DNA from: Eubacteriales bacterium
GTDB lineage: Bacteria > Bacillota > Clostridia > Oscillospirales > CAG-272
Assembly (NCBI GenBank): GCA_045635885.1
Contig: JAZTWO010000077.1
Location: 10,080 to 74,079 of the forward strand
Direction of reading: 5' to 3'
DNA: 64,000 nucleotides
Shown: positions 47,700 to 58,500 of the stretch, one piece after another
How the letters are laid out: each line of letters starts with the position of its first letter
How positions within the stretch are numbered: position 1 is the stretch's first letter
Translations under genes and position numbers: made by a program
Notes under the pieces: model-generated
What the model saw: the letters and a program-made list of their open reading frames with translations, nothing else
The model's database searches: none
What the model was told of the DNA's origin: nothing

Positions 47700-48362
47700 T
47701 TATTTAAAATATTCAACAAGGTCAAAGGGTGAATCCACGATATCCTGTGCGCCCTTGATTAAAAGTTTAGTTTTTGAAACGTAGCCCCAAGAAACAGAGA
47801 GGACGTCAAAGCCCGCATTTTCTGCAGTCAAAATATCAACGTCGCTGTCTCCGATAAGCATGCATTCGTAATGTTCAACACCAAGTGTTTTCGCCATTTC
47901 AAGTGCTATATCGGGGTTGGGCTTTGCAGGGACACCGTTTACTGTTCCACAAGCAAGCTCGCAAATCCCCTCGGGCAAAAGTTGATTAACAAGCGCCTTA
48001 ACGTATTCATCCTGCTTATTGGAAAGAACTGCAATTTTATAGTATTTTGAAAGTGTGACAATAGCTTGTTCCATACCGTCATAGAGCTTAACCGTGTTCA
48101 AATGTGTGATTTTATAAGCATCGTTGTAAATAGCGAGGGCTTTATCCACTATTTCGGGGTTGGAGTTAAGAACATCCTTAGGAATGGACTCGGAAATCAA
48201 ATGTCTTGGGCCTTTGCCAATATAACATCTAATTTCGTCAACGGAATGAGTTGGAAACCCAAGCTCAATCATAGTTAAATTAACTGCATCTGCAATTGCA
48301 GGCACTGTGTCGGCAAGAGTGCCATCTAAATCAAAAAATAATGCTTTTATATAAGATCTCAT
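47700..48362 (-). CDS. HAD family hydrolase (phosphoglycolate phosphatase-like)
   Basis: FDLDGTL, LSNK, KPNP, IGDSDVD. Confidence 0.92.
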   Translation of the reverse strand: MRSYIKALFFDLDGTLADTVPAIADAVNLTMIELGFPTHSVDEIRCYIGKGPRHLISESIPKDVLNSNPEIVDKALAIYNDAYKITHLNTVKLYDGMEQAIVTLSKYYKIAVLSNKQDEYVKALVNQLLPEGICELACGTVNGVPAKPNPDIALEMAKTLGVEHYECMLIGDSDVDILTAENAGFDVLSVSWGYVSKTKLLIKGAQDIVDSPFDLVEYFK

Positions 48363-48558
48363 AAAAATCCTTTCAAAAAGTATTTATATGCAACTATTAT
48401 AACATATTTTTTTCAATATGTCAAATACTTAATTTGTAAAAAAACAACAAAAAATATCGAAAAAAAGTTTAAAATTCCGTGATGTTAGCTATATAATATT
48501 ATGAAAAAAAGTGTTATAATATATTGGTTAATTTTTTATTATTACACGGAGGCACAAA

Positions 48559-50400
48559 GTGGTAAGAGAAGATTTAAGAAATATAGCGATTATCGCTCAC
48601 GTTGACCACGGTAAAACAACTCTTGTTGACCAGCTTTTAAAGCAGGGCGGTATTTATCGTGAAAATCAAGCAACTGAAGAGAGAGTAATGGACTCTAACG
48701 ATCTTGAACGTGAGAGAGGTATTACAATTCTTGCAAAGAACACCGCAGTTAATTACAACGGTGTAAAGATAAATATTATTGACACTCCCGGTCACGCAGA
48801 CTTTGGTGGTGAGGTTGAGCGTATTCTTAAAATGGTTAACGGCGTAATTTTGCTTGTTGACGCTGCAGAAGGTCCTATGCCTCAAACTCGTTTCGTTTTG
48901 CAAAGAGCACTTGAACTTAACCACAGAGTTATTGTTGTTATTAACAAGATTGACAAGCCCGATGCTCGTATTTCTGAGGTTATTGATGAGGTTCTTGAAC
49001 TTCTTATCGACCTTGGTGCAAACGACGAGCAGCTTGATAGCCCCATGCTCTTCTGCTCTGGTAGAGCAGGTACTGCAAGTGAGGATATGGACGTGCAGGG
49101 TGTTGACCTTAAGCCCTTGTTCAACAAGATTCTTGACTATATTCCTGCGCCCGAGGGTGATGAAGAAGGCGACCTCCAGTTGCTTATTTCATCAATCGAC
49201 TATAACGATTTCGTTGGTCGAATTGGTATTGGTAGAGTTGAAAGAGGTATGATTAAACAGGGTCAGGAGGTTATGATTTCAAACTTCCACTCAAAAGCTG
49301 CCCCCAAGCGTGCAAAAATCGTTTCTCTTTATCAGATTAACGGTCTTGGCAGAGTTCAGGTTGAAAATGCAAAAATTGGTGACATTGTTTGCTTTAGCGG
49401 TGCAGAAAACATCACAATCGGTGACACAATTACATCCACAACATGCATTGAACCCCTTGAGTTTGTTAAGGTTAGTGAGCCCACAATGGAAATGACCTTT
49501 GCTGTTAACGATAGCCCGCTTGCAGGTCAGGAGGGGAAGTTTGTTACATCACGTCAAATTCGTGACAGACTTTATCGTGAGCTTTTGAAGGACGTATCCC
49601 TTCGTGTAAGCGACGGTGACACAACCGACTCGTTTAAGGTTGCGGGCAGAGGTGAAATGCACCTTTCTATACTTATTGAAAATATGAGACGTGAGGGCTT
49701 TGAGCTTATGTGCTCCAACCCCAGAGTTCTTTATAAAGAAATTGACGGAGTTAAGTGCGAGCCTATGGAAAGAGTTACACTTGACGTTCCCACCGACTAC
49801 GTTGGTTCCGTTATTGAAAAGCTCGGCAGACGTAAGGGCGACCTTATTGAGATGACTCCCCTTGGAAATAGAATGAGAGTGGAATATTCAATTCCTTCTC
49901 GTTGCCTTTTCGGTTATCGTTCTGAATTTTTGACTGACACAAGAGGTGAGGGTCTTATCAACACACTTTTTGATGGCTATCAACCCTATAAGGGTGAGGT
50001 AACAATGAGATTTACCGGTTGTCTTATCGCAAGTGAAAACGGAGAAACAACAAGATACGGTCTTTACAATACTCAGGAAAGAGGACGCCTTTTCGTTGGT
50101 CCTCAAACCAAGGTTTATGAGGGTATGATTATTGGTGAAAACCCCAAGAATGACGATATTGCGGTTAACCCCTGCAAAGAAAAGCACCTCACTGCAATTC
50201 GTTCCACCGGTGCTGATGAAAAGCTCCTTCTTACTCCTCCTCAAATTTTCTCACTTGAGGAAGCGATTGAGTACATCAATGATGATGAGCTTATTGAGGT
50301 TACACCCAAGTCCATCAGACTTCGTAAAAAGATTCTTAATACTGAACTTCGTATGAAGGCGCAGATGAGAGCAAGACGAGGAATTATTGATATTAAATAA
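48559..50400 (+). CDS. typA: Translational GTPase TypA/BipA
   Basis: AHVDHGKTT, ERGITI, DTPGHADFGGEVER, GRGEMHL, EVTPKSIRLRK. Confidence 0.98.
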   Translation: MVREDLRNIAIIAHVDHGKTTLVDQLLKQGGIYRENQATEERVMDSNDLERERGITILAKNTAVNYNGVKINIIDTPGHADFGGEVERILKMVNGVILLVDAAEGPMPQTRFVLQRALELNHRVIVVINKIDKPDARISEVIDEVLELLIDLGANDEQLDSPMLFCSGRAGTASEDMDVQGVDLKPLFNKILDYIPAPEGDEEGDLQLLISSIDYNDFVGRIGIGRVERGMIKQGQEVMISNFHSKAAPKRAKIVSLYQINGLGRVQVENAKIGDIVCFSGAENITIGDTITSTTCIEPLEFVKVSEPTMEMTFAVNDSPLAGQEGKFVTSRQIRDRLYRELLKDVSLRVSDGDTTDSFKVAGRGEMHLSILIENMRREGFELMCSNPRVLYKEIDGVKCEPMERVTLDVPTDYVGSVIEKLGRRKGDLIEMTPLGNRMRVEYSIPSRCLFGYRSEFLTDTRGEGLINTLFDGYQPYKGEVTMRFTGCLIASENGETTRYGLYNTQERGRLFVGPQTKVYEGMIIGENPKNDDIAVNPCKEKHLTAIRSTGADEKLLLTPPQIFSLEEAIEYINDDELIEVTPKSIRLRKKILNTELRMKAQMRARRGIIDIK

Positions 50401-50406
50401 CATAGA

Positions 50407-50431
50407 AAAAGCACGGCTTTGCCGTGCTTTT
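50407..50431 (+). terminator. typA terminator; direct repeat copy 1
   Basis: AAAAGCACGGCTTTGCCGTGCTTTT. Confidence 0.85.
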
Positions 50432-50537
50432 TTGTCAAAAAATGCAAAATAAGACCATTTATTTTGTATCTATTGTCATTTACAAATGTATTTAAATATT
50501 GTATAATAAAAGTACAGTAAATGAGACGGAGGACATT

Positions 50538-51005
50538 ATGAAATTTGGTGCAAAAAGAAGTACATTGTTATTGAGGTTGTTAGCATATTATTTATTGTTT
50601 GTAGGTGCAGGTTATTTTGTAGCTGCTATTGATAAAATATTTACATCCGGTAGAGAGGCGTGGTTGGTTATATTAATAATTTTATTTATATCCATGCTTG
50701 ATATATATATTGGATACCTTTTATTGTGCAAATGTAAAGCAACACCTAAATATGCTTTTATTATTGACGAATCGAATGGCACAATTTATTTTCCCAAAGA
50801 AAATCAGTATATTAAATTTTCTGATGTGACATATGTGAAAGCAGTACCCCGTGTTAATTATTTTTATAGAATTCCAAAAGATATGAGCGACGGTAGAATT
50901 ATTATTTGCACAAGGTATAAGGAATACAGTTTTGGTGGTATTAAAAATTGCAAGACAATTGCTTCATACATAGAATTATTAGCAAATAAGGATAAGGAAA
51001 GGTAA
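50538..51005 (+). CDS. Hypothetical membrane protein (2 TM + PH-like domain), paralogue 1
   Basis: GGAGG RBS before ATG 50538; AKR, 2 TM, GTIYF, GRIIICT. Confidence 0.7.
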   Translation: MKFGAKRSTLLLRLLAYYLLFVGAGYFVAAIDKIFTSGREAWLVILIILFISMLDIYIGYLLLCKCKATPKYAFIIDESNGTIYFPKENQYIKFSDVTYVKAVPRVNYFYRIPKDMSDGRIIICTRYKEYSFGGIKNCKTIASYIELLANKDKER

Positions 51006-51010
51006 TTTTT

Positions 51011-51445
51011 ATGAGAGTATTAGCTAAAAGAAGAAAAAACGTATTTTGTGTGTTTTATTTATTACTATTGCCCTTTGCATGCCTTGTTATTTGGAAAAGC
51101 ATTAGATTTTTAAGTTTATTGGGCGTTTTAATGGGATTTGGTTTTATGTGGCTTGCGCTCACCGGATTTGGCAAGGAAATGTTTAATTCAAAAAACGTTA
51201 TTTTAGCTAAGGATGCAACAGGAGAGCTTTATTTTTCTCATGAAAGAAAAACGTATAAAGCAAATGAAATAGTAAGCGTTTGTTCAATAAGCAAATCTGG
51301 TTTTTTGGGCATTAAGCTTATTAAAACCGGTGAATTGGAAATAATGACAAAGGACAAAAAATACACTTATACTGAAATCGTTAATGTTGATAAGGCGGCT
51401 GATGAAATAAGAAATTTTTTATACGTTCAAGATAATAAAATGTAG
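51011..51445 (+). CDS. Hypothetical membrane protein (2 TM + PH-like domain), paralogue 2
   Basis: AKR, 2 TM, GELYF, GELEIMT. Confidence 0.7.
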   Translation: MRVLAKRRKNVFCVFYLLLLPFACLVIWKSIRFLSLLGVLMGFGFMWLALTGFGKEMFNSKNVILAKDATGELYFSHERKTYKANEIVSVCSISKSGFLGIKLIKTGELEIMTKDKKYTYTEIVNVDKAADEIRNFLYVQDNKM

Positions 51446-51481
51446 ATAAAAAGGAAATATTAAAGAAAAGAGGAGAAGATT

Positions 51482-51949
51482 ATGACAGCAATGTTTCCGC
51501 AAAAAGTAGTTGCAAAAAGAAATAAAATATGGGTTTGGGTATCTGCAATATATTTGGTTATGAATTTACCTGCATATATTTTGAAAGTTTTTTCGGGCGA
51601 AGTTTTTAAGATGCCTGATGGTGTTGGATATTTTATCTTCTTCTGTTCAACGTGTGTAATTTCACTTGCAATATACACCTTTGTTACGGGATTTAATAAG
51701 CCCAAGGAAGTGTTTACCATTGATACATACGCAAACACAATTTATTTGCATGAGGAAAATAAATATTTGAATGTTTTGGATATTATTAGTATAAACGGTG
51801 TTGTTAGAACCGCAAAAAATACGGGAGAAATTATTATTGTTACAAGAACCCAAAAATATAAGTTCAAAAATATTAAGAACTGTGGTGGTATTGTGAGAAT
51901 AGTAAGATGGATAAGAGATGACGAACTAAAAAAACACGGAATGAATTAA
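51482..51949 (+). CDS. Hypothetical membrane protein (2 TM + PH-like domain), paralogue 3
   Basis: GAGGAG RBS; AKR, 2 TM, NTIYL, GEIIIVT. Confidence 0.7.
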   Translation: MTAMFPQKVVAKRNKIWVWVSAIYLVMNLPAYILKVFSGEVFKMPDGVGYFIFFCSTCVISLAIYTFVTGFNKPKEVFTIDTYANTIYLHEENKYLNVLDIISINGVVRTAKNTGEIIIVTRTQKYKFKNIKNCGGIVRIVRWIRDDELKKHGMN

Positions 51950-51952
51950 CAC

Positions 51953-51977
51953 AAAAGCACGGCTTTGCCGTGCTTTT
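51953..51977. terminator. Bidirectional terminator; direct repeat copy 2
   Basis: 25/25 identical to 50407-50431. Confidence 0.85.
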
Positions 51978-51980
51978 GTG

Positions 51981-54900
51981 TTAGATATTTATCTCTACCG
52001 CTTCGCCAAGGGGGAGTGAGTAGATAAGAATTTTTTGTGGGGCTTTGCCAAGGAATTTTTTGATTGCCATGGCATAGTATTCAAGCTGACGTCCGTGACG
52101 TTCTTTCATTTTTGATATTACAAGCGATTCATCGCTCAATTCTTCTTGTGTGAGGTAATCGGTTTTGTAATCGCAGAGGATTATATTGCCGTTTGCATCC
52201 TCAAAGAAGATGTCGATAACACCTTGAACAAGAATTTCTTCTTCGTCTATGCTTGATTTGAATTCCTCGTCTTTTGTGAAATGAGAGGCAGGGAGCAAGA
52301 TGTTAAATCTTTGCTCTCGATACGTCTTTTTCGCATTTTTAAGGCACGAATAGAATTTACTATTAAAGAATTTTTTGATTTGTTTAAGGTTGATTAAATC
52401 GGCAACCTGTGGGGCAATGAATTTCTTATCAACAAGTCGGGCAAGCTCGTTTTCCACGCCTGCATTTTCTGCGTTATTGAAGTCGCAGAATTGCAAGAAG
52501 AGGTGGGTTGCAGTACCCTTGTCGGCACTTGTCACCTTTGATTTGCTTTCAAAAAACTCCTCAATTTCAAGGATTTTGGCCTCGTCAAAGCTTTCAAGCA
52601 CGTCAGTGTCATTATCCATATCGTCAAGAACGGTTGGCGTAAGCTTTGAAACTGAAAGCTTGGCCGGGAGCTTACTCAGATGAGAGTGGGGATATTGATA
52701 ATTCAATCTATTCTCAATCTTTTTGATTTCCTCTTCGGTTAAGATTGATTTTTCGACATTTGAAGTGCCAATTTCAATGCTTGCTGCATTTGGGGCGTTG
52801 CAAGAGTAACCCTCTAAAGCCAAGAATTCATAGCCATCTCCATTTTTCAAGGGGTAGATGGATGCCAAGACCATAGAAAGCCAGTTTTTGCATCTTCTAA
52901 GCTTAAAATCGCCCGCAAATTTGTTTGTAAGGCAAGCGCTTTCTTCAAGCTTTTCAAGGCGGGAGCGAGTGTGCGCAGTTATGTACAGGCGCTCTTTTGC
53001 ACGAGTCATGGCAACGTACAAAATTCTCATTTCCTCTTCAAACTGAGAATCTGCAATTTGGAGTGCCACCGCTTCACGAAGTGGAGTGTTGAGACGAGCC
53101 ATTCCACCCTCGATTGCAAGTTTTAGGGCAATTCCTGCATTTGCGTGATAGAGAAGGTTTGGCTTTGTGTCCTCAAGATTAAATCTGCTTTGTGTGTTAC
53201 AGATAAAGCAAACGGGGTATTCAAGTCCCTTTGATTTATGGGCAGTTATCATTTGAACCGCATTTGTATCCGCATCCTCATAGGTGAGGGAGGGGACTTT
53301 TTTATTTTCAATAAGCTCGTTGATGTAGGAAATAAAGTTGTTAAGTCCTTTAAAAGAGCCGGACTCAAATCGTCTTGCCATTTCATAAAGGCGAGTGAGA
53401 TTTTGAGCGTTTGCGCCATTCAAGGAGAGCATTGAAAGGTCATTATAGATGTGGTTGATGAGTTTATCTATTGGCAATGATCTTGCAAGCGCACGATATT
53501 CGGTGAGCTTTTGCATAAAGTAGGCATTTTTATTTAACAGCGCCTTATCATCATCTTCAGTATAATCCCTAATTGCTTCAAAAAGTGATGCTTTTTTATC
53601 GGAATTTGTGCGCAATTTGATTAATTCATCCATTGTGTATGCGAAAATGGGTGAATAGAGAGTTGCCGCCAAGGGAATATCCTTGTGAGGATTATCAATT
53701 GCGGACAAGATTGACAACACCAAAAGCACATCCGGAGTTTCAAAAAGGTCATATTTTGAGTTGTCGGAGCAGGGGATACCGTAAAGCTCGAGCGCACGAG
53801 AAATGTCGGCGGCGGGAGTGGTTGCTCGCATCAAAATTGCAATGTCCTTGGGTTGAATTTTCTCACCGTTAGCTTTGTATTCGCTTGAGATTAGGCGTTG
53901 GATTTCGCCTGCAATCCACAATGCCTCGGGATTTATGTCGGTTTTTTCTTCGCTCTCTTCGGTTTCGTCGTCCTCTTTTGCAAATTCGTCTGCGGTGACA
54001 ACCGCAATTTTCACTATGGGAGAGGGCATTGTTCTGCCTTCTTCGACCTTTGAAAAGATGAGGTCGTCATCACTTGAATACTCAATACTTTCGCCACAAT
54101 GTCCAAACATAAATGAGAAGACCTTGTTTGTGAATTTGATAACGTTTTCGTCACAACGGAAGTTGTTTGACATAAAGATGAGGGCGGCGTTGGAGTCGGG
54201 CGCTTCTTCAAGGGATGGAAATTCCTTTTTATATCCTGCAAAAACGTCGGTATCTGCACCTCTAAAGCTATAAATACTCTGCTTAATATCGCCAACCATA
54301 AAGCGATTATTTTCCCTTGCAATTAAACGGAAAATCTTATCCTGCATTGCATCAACGTCTTGATATTCGTCGATATATATTTCTTCAAACTGTTCTTTAT
54401 AGGCAAGGGCTATATCGCTTGGGGAACCGTCTTTATTAGTGAGAAGTTTATATGCAAAGCGTCTGATGTCATCAAAATCAAAGACCTTACGTTTGATTTT
54501 TTCGTTTAAAGCGGCTTCTTGGAATTCGGTTAATATTTGGTGGAGTGAACGAAGCAGCTCGCTTGTGTTTATCATTGTTTTTTTAATATCTTCGCTATCA
54601 AACGAGAAGATTTTCTCGTTTATATTTTTGACAAATGCTGTTTCTTCGTCACGCAATGCCTTGCAAAGCAAAATATCCTCGGTTTGAAATTCCTTTTTCA
54701 GTGTGCCAAGTCTTTGCTTATTGAATGAAAGCGAAATTTGGCGTGCGGAATTGTAATCGTCCTTTGAAAGCGCATCAAGGAGTTTTGCAAAGAAATCTCT
54801 TTCATAGCTGAACACCGCAAGATAAGCTGCGGACGCTTTTTCCTCACTTGCGATTACGTTGCAACAACGGGCAAGGGAATCGTGGTAACTTTTTGCGCCG

Positions 54901-55574
54901 CTTACAATATAGTTTTTGATGATTTTACCCTGTCGGCTTGCAAAAAAGTCTTTTTCTGAATCGGAAATATATTCGTTTGCAAGAGTTAAAATTGCATTTG
55001 CACCCTCAATTCTTGAGCAGAGCTTGTTTTCAAGCGCCAAGAATATGTCTGCAAGTGTATCGCTTTGCTTGGTTGATGTGAAGTTTTCAACGAAATTAAG
55101 GAAATTATCGTCTGTTTCGGCATTGATGTCATAATGCTTTTCGATAATTGATTCCATAATTTCACGTCGCAAAAGAGCCATTTCACCCTCGTCTGCCAAT
55201 CTGAAATTTGATGGGAGACCAAGTCTTTGAAAGTTGGAGCTTACAATGTCGAGATAGAATGAATCGATTGTGCAGATGTGCGCACTTTCAAGCAAAACAA
55301 GTTGCTTTGATAGGGCTTGATTTGTGGGGGTTTTGGCGATTTCCTTTGAAATAGCTTCGGAAATCTTTCTTTTAAGGTCTGCCGCAGAAAGACGTGTAAA
55401 GGTAACAATAAGCATTTTTGAAATGTTTAACGGGCGCTCTTTATCGGTTAATCTGCGCACAATTCTTTCGGTCATGGTAGCAGTTTTTCCCGATCCCGCC
55501 GCCGCAGAAACAAGGATGGTTTTGTTTCGTTCTTTAATGGCTTGTTTTTGTTTGTCTGTCCAATTGGGTTCCAT
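51981..55574 (-). CDS. addA: ATP-dependent helicase/nuclease subunit A
   Basis: SAAAGSGKT, IDEYQD, VGDIKQSIYSFR, HKSKGLE, YVAMTRAK, QGVID, DYKT. Confidence 0.95.
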   Translation of the reverse strand: MEPNWTDKQKQAIKERNKTILVSAAAGSGKTATMTERIVRRLTDKERPLNISKMLIVTFTRLSAADLKRKISEAISKEIAKTPTNQALSKQLVLLESAHICTIDSFYLDIVSSNFQRLGLPSNFRLADEGEMALLRREIMESIIEKHYDINAETDDNFLNFVENFTSTKQSDTLADIFLALENKLCSRIEGANAILTLANEYISDSEKDFFASRQGKIIKNYIVSGAKSYHDSLARCCNVIASEEKASAAYLAVFSYERDFFAKLLDALSKDDYNSARQISLSFNKQRLGTLKKEFQTEDILLCKALRDEETAFVKNINEKIFSFDSEDIKKTMINTSELLRSLHQILTEFQEAALNEKIKRKVFDFDDIRRFAYKLLTNKDGSPSDIALAYKEQFEEIYIDEYQDVDAMQDKIFRLIARENNRFMVGDIKQSIYSFRGADTDVFAGYKKEFPSLEEAPDSNAALIFMSNNFRCDENVIKFTNKVFSFMFGHCGESIEYSSDDDLIFSKVEEGRTMPSPIVKIAVVTADEFAKEDDETEESEEKTDINPEALWIAGEIQRLISSEYKANGEKIQPKDIAILMRATTPAADISRALELYGIPCSDNSKYDLFETPDVLLVLSILSAIDNPHKDIPLAATLYSPIFAYTMDELIKLRTNSDKKASLFEAIRDYTEDDDKALLNKNAYFMQKLTEYRALARSLPIDKLINHIYNDLSMLSLNGANAQNLTRLYEMARRFESGSFKGLNNFISYINELIENKKVPSLTYEDADTNAVQMITAHKSKGLEYPVCFICNTQSRFNLEDTKPNLLYHANAGIALKLAIEGGMARLNTPLREAVALQIADSQFEEEMRILYVAMTRAKERLYITAHTRSRLEKLEESACLTNKFAGDFKLRRCKNWLSMVLASIYPLKNGDGYEFLALEGYSCNAPNAASIEIGTSNVEKSILTEEEIKKIENRLNYQYPHSHLSKLPAKLSVSKLTPTVLDDMDNDTDVLESFDEAKILEIEEFFESKSKVTSADKGTATHLFLQFCDFNNAENAGVENELARLVDKKFIAPQVADLINLKQIKKFFNSKFYSCLKNAKKTYREQRFNILLPASHFTKDEEFKSSIDEEEILVQGVIDIFFEDANGNIILCDYKTDYLTQEELSDESLVISKMKERHGRQLEYYAMAIKKFLGKAPQKILIYSLPLGEAVEINI

Positions 55575-55585
55575 GCTGCACCTCC

Positions 55586-58500
55586 TTATATCTTACTTTT
55601 GCAAGCAGAAGATCTGCAAATTGCCTTCATTTTGCAATAGCGGCAAGGGGCTTCCTCGCCCTTGCGAAGAGGAATGGCATCTGCCTTTCCTGCCTTCATG
55701 CTTTCTGCAACTCTGATTATCGTTTCAGAAAGCATATCATATATTTCATTAAATCCGTTGTCGTCGGTAATACTTTTTCCAACCATCACGCCATTTTCGT
55801 CCGCCTTAACCTTTGAAACAAATTTGGGGTCAAGATTGTGATTTATGGCATAAAGAATTTCGGGGTCGCTTGTAAGCAAGCCGCTTCGTGAAAATTCATT
55901 TTGTATCATTTTTTCTATGTCTTCACTGTCGCAGAATTTTTCAACGGAAATTATAGGCGCATTTGATGAGAGATATTGAATGCCTGCAGGAATGAGATCG
56001 CCACCCTCTGCACAACCAAGCTCAAGCTTTTTCTTTTCTGATTGAGCATAGCAAATTGAGAAAAGATAGATAAGAAGTTGGGTGTTAAGCCCTTCTTTAA
56101 GGTCATCAAATGAAAATTCCTTGCTGCCTGTTTTATAGTCGACAACTCTGATATAGACGTTGCCGTCCTTTTTATAAGTATCAATTCTGTCGGCAACACC
56201 ACGCAACGAAACCTTACTTCCGTCCTTAAGCTCAAATTCAATGGCTTGTATATCGGAGTCTTGTGTTCCGATATTTAATTCAAAATACGTTGGAATGAAG
56301 TCACTTTGCTTAAACTCACTTATCAAGTTTTTGGCAATCATAAACGAGAGCTTATTGAGCCGCAAGAACAAGTGCTTTGTGCGATTGGATATTGCATAAT
56401 TTTCGCCAAGGAGCTCTAAAAGATACTGACGAACTATTTTTTGCAAAATCGCATCAATTTCTTCATCTGTGATAGTGAGATTGATTTGATTGTTAACGCA
56501 AATTTCCTTCATAAACTTTTCAAGAAGGTAGTGAATAAACGTTCCAATGTCGTTCAATTGGAACACGGCACGCTTACTTTCACGAAGTCCAAGTACATAC
56601 GAGCAGTAGTAGTCAAAGCCGCACATAACGTATTTTTCAAGGCGTGATTGCGTTAATGAAAGTCGGTTGCCGAAAAGTGTTTTAACAACCTCTGGCGAAA
56701 CGGTGCATTCTTTTTTAGAAAGATGGGTTTCGAGTCTTTGTTCAAACTCCTCGTCATTTATCAAGTGTTTAAGCGAATTTGCACCGTTCATATCCTTGAT
56801 TTGAGGATAAATTTCTTTTGCGGTATTAATGCTCCAAATTCTGTCAATTTTTGATGTATCGTGTTTTTTTAAGTCCACAACTGTGGGAAAGAGCTTTTGA
56901 ACTCTTTCAAGTGCCAAGGAATGCTTTTGATTTGAACCGTCGGACGTCAACATTGAGGAGGTTAAAATAAGCTTGTCCTTGGGTGTTGCAAAGGCACGGT
57001 AGAGGAAGAAAAGCTCCTCACTTGTTTGCACACTTGTGTTGGCAGAAAGGTTTATTTTAAATTGTGCAAGAATTTCTTTGTCTGCGTCGGTGAAAACACC
57101 GTTATCCTTGATGGTGGCAGGGAATACGCCCTCATTTAAGCCCATAACTATTGCGGTTTTTATATTGCCTGCTCTAAGCATTTGAGCAGAGCCGATAAGA
57201 ACTTCGTCAGGGGACGTTGGAATTGTGCCTATGTCACTTTGCGCAAACATAAGGGAAAGCGATGCCACAAATTCTTCAAATTCGACCTTTGTATCTTCCA
57301 AAACGTTAGCAAGGTCATAAAGAATATTAAGCGTGAGCGAATAGAGCTTCATATCCTCATCCGCCGCCTTTTTGTTGTTTGCTTTAAGGTGGGCTTGACA
57401 TTCCTGTCTAACCTTTTGGGTGATGTTTGAATCTTTAAGAAATTGAATTGTTGCCTGACACATTTCCTTAACGTTTTGTGATGCGTCAAGACGTGCAAAA
57501 TAGAGCGAAAGAGGGGGAATTACGGTTTCTTTTACACGGTTTGAGGTGATGAGAATATTTTCCCCTCGTTTTGTAAGCTTTTGCGAATATCCGTCGGGAT
57601 TCATTGTCCATTTTTCGCCAAGAAATTTATTTCCGTTTATGTTCCAAGTGAAAACATAATCTTCAAAAATATCAACGTCGAATGAGTCAACGTCGCAATA
57701 TCCCGATTTAAGATGTGCAATAACGTTTGTTGCACGCCAATTGCTTTCTTTAATTTTAAGTGCACTAAAGAGGAATTTTGCAAGTGGTTTTGTCATGAGA
57801 TTGGTTTTTTCGCTCATGTAATATGGAATTTTATATTTATCAAGTGTAATATCAAGAATTCCACGGTATTTTTCGGCATCCCTGAGAATAATTGCTATTT
57901 CAGAATAACGTGTGCCGCTTTGGATTTCTTTACAAATCTCGCTTGCAACTCTTTCAGATTCGGAATAGGGATTTTCGCAAATGTAATTGCTGATTGCACC
58001 GGTGCTTTCGCCACTGAATGCTCCTGCCTCGAAATTCCAAAGATTGCTTTGCAAATAAGCAAGTTCCTTTGAATTTGTTCTTTTAATTTCTGTTAAAAAC
58101 GTTTCGTCATATTTTAACTTTTCAAGGGAATCTGTTAATCTTTTATGAGTTTGTCTTAACGATTCAAGGTGGATTGACTTGTCGTTTGGCGTGGGAATGG
58201 GCAGGGTGATGTAAAGATGGTCACAAAGCTCGCCCATTTTGGCAATAAACTCATATTCTTGCTTTGTAAAGCCGGCAAAGGAATCGAGATAGATGTTTGA
58301 TTCTTGAAAGAAATTCTCTGATTTCAAAATTTCAAGTGCTTTTGAAATATCGTCAAAGCTATCGGAATATTTTTCTGCAAGTTGATTTGTATAAGCTGTG
58401 TAGATGAGTGAAATATCACGAAGCTTTTTGTAAATTGCAGAGCTTTGGTCTAATTTATTGCAAATTTCTTCTAAATCTTTGGTTGAGATGGAATATGATT

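Noticed and set aside
47052..48362. Functional three-phosphatase cluster with the nucleotidase fusion
   Set aside because: Convergent transcription separated by a terminator; both families are common, so adjacency is weak evidence
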